Part shown: piece after piece, positions 60,122-64,000 of the stretch
How positions within the stretch are numbered: the first letter of the stretch is position 1
Layout: each line of letters begins with the position of its first letter
From: an uncultured bacterium
GTDB lineage: Bacteria > Omnitrophota > Omnitrophia > Omnitrophales > Aquincolibacteriaceae
DNA length: 64,000 nucleotides
Assembly: GCA_964482725.1 (NCBI GenBank)
Contig: CAYZYT010000002.1
Location: 5,591 to 69,590 of the forward strand
Reading direction: 5' to 3'
The notes under the pieces: model-generated
Database searches by the model: none
Told to the model about the DNA's origin: nothing
What the model saw: only the letters and a program-made list of their open reading frames with translations
Position numbers and translations under genes: made by a program

Positions 60122-60168
60122 CGTTTCGTACTACCTAAAAGATCCTGAAAAAAGATATAATAGGACCC

Positions 60169-60750
60169 ATGACTCATCCAAACTCTGAACGATCAAACCA
60201 ACCTCTCGCCTCATCCTCCGAAGGGGTTCGAAAATCAACCCCTGTTGAGGCCTCTTCGTGGGCCAAGACGACGGTGGTCGTGATAGGTTCATTGCTTGTT
60301 CTCTCATCGATTTGGCAGATGCTTATATTCCTTAATTATGCGCACTACCAGTATGTGTTCCGGGAGTATTCCGAAGAGATCATTCAATTCCGGTATCTTT
60401 TGTCCTTGGGCTCTCGATGCCTGGGGATGGTGATTGGCCTTGGCATCCTGCTTCGCAAAGAAAATTTCCGGAAAGCCGCCATCGTTCTGATGGTTGCAAC
60501 GATTGCCCTCATGGTGTTTAAGCATCCTTTTTCGGCGGCGCTGCAGCTTAATCGCCAATATATTAATGCGTTAGATGCGATTTTCAAAACGGCGCCTTTC
60601 AATGCCGATATTCTTATGAGTTTTTTTCATTCGATAGAAAGACCCCTGGCATACTTAGTGATCATTACCGTGATTCTTGTGGACGATCTATGCGCGCTTT
60701 TGATCATATTCTTTTTGACACGACCTTCGGTTAGGGCTGTTTTTCGCTAG
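60169..60750 (+). CDS. Hypothetical small integral membrane protein (193 aa, about 4-5 TM helices), co-oriented 48 nt downstream of the giant gene.
   Basis: ATG at 60169 with AGGA 7 nt upstream and a TATAAT-like box at 60150-60155. Hydrophobic helices VVVIGSLLVLSSIWQMLIFL, LGMVIGLGILL, AAIVLMVATIALMVF, LAYLVIITVILVDDLCALLIIFFL. Confidence 0.55.
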   Translation: MTHPNSERSNQPLASSSEGVRKSTPVEASSWAKTTVVVIGSLLVLSSIWQMLIFLNYAHYQYVFREYSEEIIQFRYLLSLGSRCLGMVIGLGILLRKENFRKAAIVLMVATIALMVFKHPFSAALQLNRQYINALDAIFKTAPFNADILMSFFHSIERPLAYLVIITVILVDDLCALLIIFFLTRPSVRAVFR

Positions 60751-60838
60751 GTCGTTTTTTTTCTCTCTGCTTCTCGGTCCCTTGTCGTGCGCCCGCTCAC
60801 CTGTACACATTAAATCAATTCCAAATAATCTACGTCGG

Positions 60839-60868
60839 GGGGTTCTCGAAAGTAGGTTTTAGAACCCC
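60839..60868. other. Perfect 8-bp stem hairpin (GGGGTTCT-N14-AGAACCCC) inside a 624-bp ORF-free convergent spacer (60751-61374).
   Basis: ggggttctcgaaagtaggttttagaacccc. No U-tract immediately 3' on either strand, so it is not a classic intrinsic terminator. Confidence 0.35.
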
Positions 60869-61374
60869 AGCGAGCTCGTTTAAAACCCCGTTGCGACGTC
60901 AAAAAGGCCGTTTTAAAGGCTTTCTGGGGAGGATTCGAGGATTGGGGGCTGTCCATGGGTTGGGGCCATTTTAGGCCAAAATCAGCAGGGAGGGGGTATG
61001 TCCGTGGGTGGATAGGCGTCCTCCGCCTGACGAGAAGAATGCTATGAAAAACGTCGGAGAGTCGAAGCTGCCGCTGGTTGTTGGAGACGACTCGACCGGA
61101 CAAAGAATGTCGAAGCTATCATTAATCCCTCGCAGGAAGGCACCCGTAAAACCGAAGGAGATTTGAAGGAGTCGTTCGTCGCGATCAGTCTTAGCGTTAT
61201 AGGGAGAAGCGCCTTAACGACGTGGACTTAATCAAAACCAAAGCATTTTTGCCAGAGATTTGTATAGGAAGGATCTTCGCCCTAGGATTCCTGAGTCCTA
61301 TAATGTATCTTATGTAAAGTAGTCTATGGGGGCTCAAATTTCAATAAAGGGGTCTCTAAGGGCGAGCGCTGTGG

Positions 61375-61821
61375 CTATTTAAGGCGCGCCTTAACGGCTT
61401 CCTGGACACGCTTGCCGTCGGCTTTACCCTGAATGGTCGGCATAAGGACTTTCATAAGCTTTCCCATATCGGCGGAACTTTGGGCGCCCGACACAGCAAT
61501 AGCGCTTTGAACCGCTACCCCGAGCTCCTCATCCGTCAACTGCTTCGGCAAATAAGCCTCAAGGATCGCCAGCTCAATTTTCTCTTTATCCGCAAGATCG
61601 TTACGGCCCGCTTTCTCAAAACTGTCCATGCTTTCCCGGCGCTGCTTGGCCTGCTTCGTAATGATTCCAAGAACCTCGGCGTCCTCAGCCTTGTCCTTTT
61701 TGATCTGGATCAGATAGTTCCCAAGGGCGCTTTTGAGCATCCGCAAGGTCGAAACCTTGACAGCCTCCTTAGCCTTCATTGCCGTAATAACATCTTTTTC
61801 GATCTGTTCCGCGAGGCTCAT
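61375..61821 (-). CDS. yqeY: GatB/YqeY domain-containing protein (148 aa).
   Basis: MSLAEQIEKDVITAMKAKEAVKVSTLRMLKSALGNY… is the canonical YqeY N-terminus. AAGGAG RBS 10 nt upstream of the ATG on the - strand. Confidence 0.85.
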   Translation of the reverse strand: MSLAEQIEKDVITAMKAKEAVKVSTLRMLKSALGNYLIQIKKDKAEDAEVLGIITKQAKQRRESMDSFEKAGRNDLADKEKIELAILEAYLPKQLTDEELGVAVQSAIAVSGAQSSADMGKLMKVLMPTIQGKADGKRVQEAVKARLK

Positions 61822-61899
61822 CAGATATATTCTCCTTTGTGAATTATCGAGAATCGCACTGTCTTTACGTTTTGTAAAATCTCTTTATGCCCTAGCTGA

Positions 61900-61966
61900 A
61901 GTGTCAACGTGTCGAGGTGTCAGAGTGCCACTGCTTTGATACTTTGATACGCTGACACCATGACAC
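61900..61966 (-). promoter_or_regulatory. Clustered direct/inverted short repeats between the Bat-like stop and the yqeY start: GTGTC x3 (61901, 61909, 61917), TTTGATAC x2 tandem (61935-61950), GACAC x2 (61953, 61962). Inverted pair GTGTCAG…CTGACAC.
   Basis: Read directly from the sequence. The position is compatible with an operator/promoter for yqeY or a terminator for the upstream Bat-like gene. Confidence 0.3.
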
Positions 61967-61975
61967 GTATTTTAA

Positions 61976-63949
61976 CTACCAGTCTTTTTCAACCGGAGCT
62001 GGGTTTTTATTGACCGGTGGGCGACGAAGATCCTGAAGCTCTTTCTCGGACTCCTTCATGGCATCCAGAAGGTTCAGGGCATTCTCCATGCTCATTTGGC
62101 CCTGGAGCGGACGTTTTTGCTGGCCCGGACGCTCATCTTGCTCGCTTTTCTGAGGCTCCTGCTTCTGCTGTTGCTCTTCCTGTTCCTTTTGCTGCTGATC
62201 CTTCTTTTGTTGCTCTTCTTGCTTTTCTTTTTCCTTTCGCTCCTGCTCCTTCTTCTGCGCGTCTTGATCTTTCTGATCCTGGGGCTTGGGTTGCTGCTGA
62301 TCTTTATCTTGCTGATCTTCAGGCTTGGGCTGTGGCTGATCTTTGTTCTGCTGGTCTTGGGGGTCCTGATCCTTCGGATCTTTTCCTTGCTGTCCCTGGT
62401 CCTTTTTGTCCTGCTGGCCCTGGCTCTGGTTCTGCTGCTGCTCTTTCTTATCTTTTTGCTGGTCTTTCTTTTGCTCTTCCTTTTTCTGATCGTCCTTCTT
62501 TTGCTCCTGGTCTTTTTTATCCATTTTATTCTTCTGCTTTTGCAGGAACTCGAGATTGTACTTCGCATCTTTGTCGGAAGGATCAAGCGCTAGCGCCTTC
62601 TTGTAAGAATCGATCGCCTCCTCGAAATTCCCGAGTCGGTACTGGACGTTCCCATTATTGTAGAGCGCGCGGGCTTTCAGCAGCGGGTCCTGAGCTTTTT
62701 TAGAGGCAGCCTCGAGATCCTGAGCGGATTCTTGAAGCGAATCGACTTTGTAAAGGGCTGTCCCAAGATCATAAAGGACCTCCGGGGAGTCTGGATTTTT
62801 CACCTGCACCTTGCGGTAGGCCTCCAAGGCGGATTGATAACGTTTGTTTTGAAAATGCTCGTTCCCTTTCTTGACCGTTCCCTGCGAAGTTTCAAAAAAT
62901 CCTGTAAAAAGGAAAAAGGCGGCGAGGCAGGCGAACAGGGCCCCATTTTTTTTATTTTTCCGGCGGATGAGCATTTCGGCGGCCAGAAAGATCAGCGCGA
63001 GGATGAGGAACGCCTGGTATTGGTCTTCACGCTCCACGACCATTTTTTCAGAAAATTGCTGCTCTCCCCAACCGCGAAGATGTTTTAAGATGATCTCGAC
63101 CTCTTTTTCACCCGGCGTCGCGGGAAGATAAATGCCGCCGGTTTCTTTAGCAAGTCGCTCTAAAAGCGGCTGGTTGAGCCGGGTGAGCACCATTTGCCCG
63201 CTACGGTCCTTTTTGAACCCCGAGCGCTCCCCTTTTTCGTTCTTAAGGGGGATGGGCTCCCCTTCCGCGGTCCCAAGGCCAATGCAATAGATCCTGACAT
63301 TCGCCTGCTTGGCCTCTTCGATCGTTTTTTCAATGCCGCCTTCATGGTCTTCCCCGTCCGTAAATAGCACCAAGGCCTTGTATTTGAGCTCTTTTTGAGG
63401 GAAAGCGCGAATGGCCAAATGGATTGCTTGAACAAGCGAGGTTCCGGGATCTGGAAGAAATCCCACTTGGACCGCATCCAGAAATAGAAGAAATGCCGCA
63501 TGATCCAGCGTCAGAGGCGTTTGAAGGAATCCGGAACCTGCGAAGGTGACCATCCCGATCCGGTCGCCCCGGAGATTGCGAATGAAGGTCTCTATCTCAA
63601 ATTTTGCTTTTTCGATACGATTAGGCTTGATGTCCTCGGCAAGCATGCTGAGCGATGTATCGACCATGAAGATGATGTCCACGCCCTTGCGCTGGGCCGT
63701 TCGTTTTTCGTCTCCCCACTGTGGCCGTGCGAGCGCGAGCACAAAACAAAAAACGGCAAGCGTCATGAGGATCGCGCGGATCAGCCATTCCCCTTTCCGG
63801 TAGCCCTCGACCAATTTTGAAAGCAGCGCTTCGTCCTGGACCAAGCGATGAACCCGTTTCTCCCAGAGCTTGCGTGAAAAAACATAGAACGCAAAGACCG
63901 CCGGAACCAGCCAAAGATAAAGAAAATATTCAGGTCGAAAAAATTGCAT
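61976..63949 (-). CDS. BatA/BatB-like aerotolerance-family protein: N-terminal TM, von Willebrand factor A domain, second TM, TPR repeats and a roughly 130-aa K/D/Q/E-rich low-complexity tail.
   Basis: MQFFRPEYFLYLWLVPAVFAFYVF (Bat N-terminus); VDIIFMVDTSLSM…GDRIGMVTFAG…LFTDGEDH (VWA MIDAS-type DxSxS…T…D); TPR-like YNNGNVQYRLGNFEEAIDSYKKALALDP; AGGTG RBS upstream. Confidence 0.8.
   Translation of the reverse strand: MQFFRPEYFLYLWLVPAVFAFYVFSRKLWEKRVHRLVQDEALLSKLVEGYRKGEWLIRAILMTLAVFCFVLALARPQWGDEKRTAQRKGVDIIFMVDTSLSMLAEDIKPNRIEKAKFEIETFIRNLRGDRIGMVTFAGSGFLQTPLTLDHAAFLLFLDAVQVGFLPDPGTSLVQAIHLAIRAFPQKELKYKALVLFTDGEDHEGGIEKTIEEAKQANVRIYCIGLGTAEGEPIPLKNEKGERSGFKKDRSGQMVLTRLNQPLLERLAKETGGIYLPATPGEKEVEIILKHLRGWGEQQFSEKMVVEREDQYQAFLILALIFLAAEMLIRRKNKKNGALFACLAAFFLFTGFFETSQGTVKKGNEHFQNKRYQSALEAYRKVQVKNPDSPEVLYDLGTALYKVDSLQESAQDLEAASKKAQDPLLKARALYNNGNVQYRLGNFEEAIDSYKKALALDPSDKDAKYNLEFLQKQKNKMDKKDQEQKKDDQKKEEQKKDQQKDKKEQQQNQSQGQQDKKDQGQQGKDPKDQDPQDQQNKDQPQPKPEDQQDKDQQQPKPQDQKDQDAQKKEQERKEKEKQEEQQKKDQQQKEQEEQQQKQEPQKSEQDERPGQQKRPLQGQMSMENALNLLDAMKESEKELQDLRRPPVNKNPAPVEKDW
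62100..62590 (-). repeat. Low-complexity charged (K/Q/D/E/P) tail coding region of the Bat-like protein. Pyrimidine-rich on the + strand, producing spurious poly-Leu/poly-Arg ORFs in other frames.
   Basis: KDQEQKKDDQKKEEQKKDQQKDKKEQQQNQSQGQQDKKDQ…; ORF-track entries 62092-62586 and 62096-62593 are frame artefacts of this tract. Confidence 0.8.
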
Positions 63950-64000
63950 CAGGGCACCTGATTTTCTATTAAAAAATAAATCGGGAAATCAGTGTTGTCC

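Noticed and set aside
60925-60970. G-quadruplex in the spacer (GGGG…GGGGG…GGG…GGGG)
   Set aside because: The first loop is 14 nt, outside canonical G4 loop limits. Noted only as composition.
60810-61103. 97-aa - strand ORF in the spacer
   Set aside because: Pro/Arg/Ser-rich, no RBS or coherent hydrophobicity pattern. Likely a spurious ORF.
60751-61374. tmRNA, RNase P RNA, SRP RNA or tRNA in the long spacer
   Set aside because: No GGGGCTGATTCTGGATTCGAC-like tmRNA 5' end, no GGAAAGTCCGGGCTCC P4 motif, no SRP GGAA-tetraloop consensus and no cloverleaf. Kept only as a generic ncRNA candidate.
62092-62593. Poly-Leu (62096-62593 +) and Arg/Lys/Ser-rich (62092-62586 -) ORFs
   Set aside because: Frame artefacts of the purine- or pyrimidine-rich low-complexity tail of the Bat-like gene (61976-63949 -).

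Overview
Almost the whole window (nt 1-60121, + strand) is a single uninterrupted reading frame of 19,986 codons. It is open at the 5' edge, so the gene is longer than 60 kb. Codons 2-160 read FYRSVTDGKDPTYQWTNPVNSDESW..., which continues the same repeat family, and the GTG at 161 in the ORF track is only the first in-frame start candidate, not the true N-terminus. A stop-free frame of this length cannot arise by chance, so this is a giant multidomain protein. From N to C I can read: (1) about 5 tripartite beta-rich repeat super-units; (2) a long array of roughly 110-aa modules carrying a T-x-SG-x-D-x-SYSW core, including a recently expanded, about 95% identical tandem block with a 545-nt period; (3) 80-aa 'YSRQL/ISGY' repeats; (4) a lectin-like section with two F5/8 type C (discoidin) domains, seven copies of an unrecognised Cys-pair domain (NFG...LELNVQN...NIQINSVRVLD) and five copies of a ConA/LamG-like jelly-roll candidate; (5) an RHS/YD-repeat shell region followed by an Ala/Gln coiled coil; (6) an internal cluster of 6-8 transmembrane helices; (7) about 3,400 aa of unknown beta-rich units; (8) a second Gly-rich multi-TM cluster; (9) a roughly 4,100-aa helical C-terminal region with a complete SF2 helicase-like ATPase motif set (GAGKT, PNSAL, DEIH, SGT, TGVDYQA, QAIWRIGRT), an HExxH motif, a GNAT-like motif and an M42/M20-type metallopeptidase motif set. 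Downstream are a co-oriented small membrane protein, a 624-bp ORF-free convergent spacer with a strong hairpin, a YqeY/GatB-domain gene and a BatA/BatB-like VWA-TPR gene (both on the - strand). Giant genes of this kind are reported mainly from Omnitrophota-like and other predatory or episymbiotic bacteria; that taxonomic guess is inference only. The combination of surface repeats, lectins, YD shell, internal TM clusters and an ATPase/peptidase C-terminal region is the most interesting and unexplained system here.
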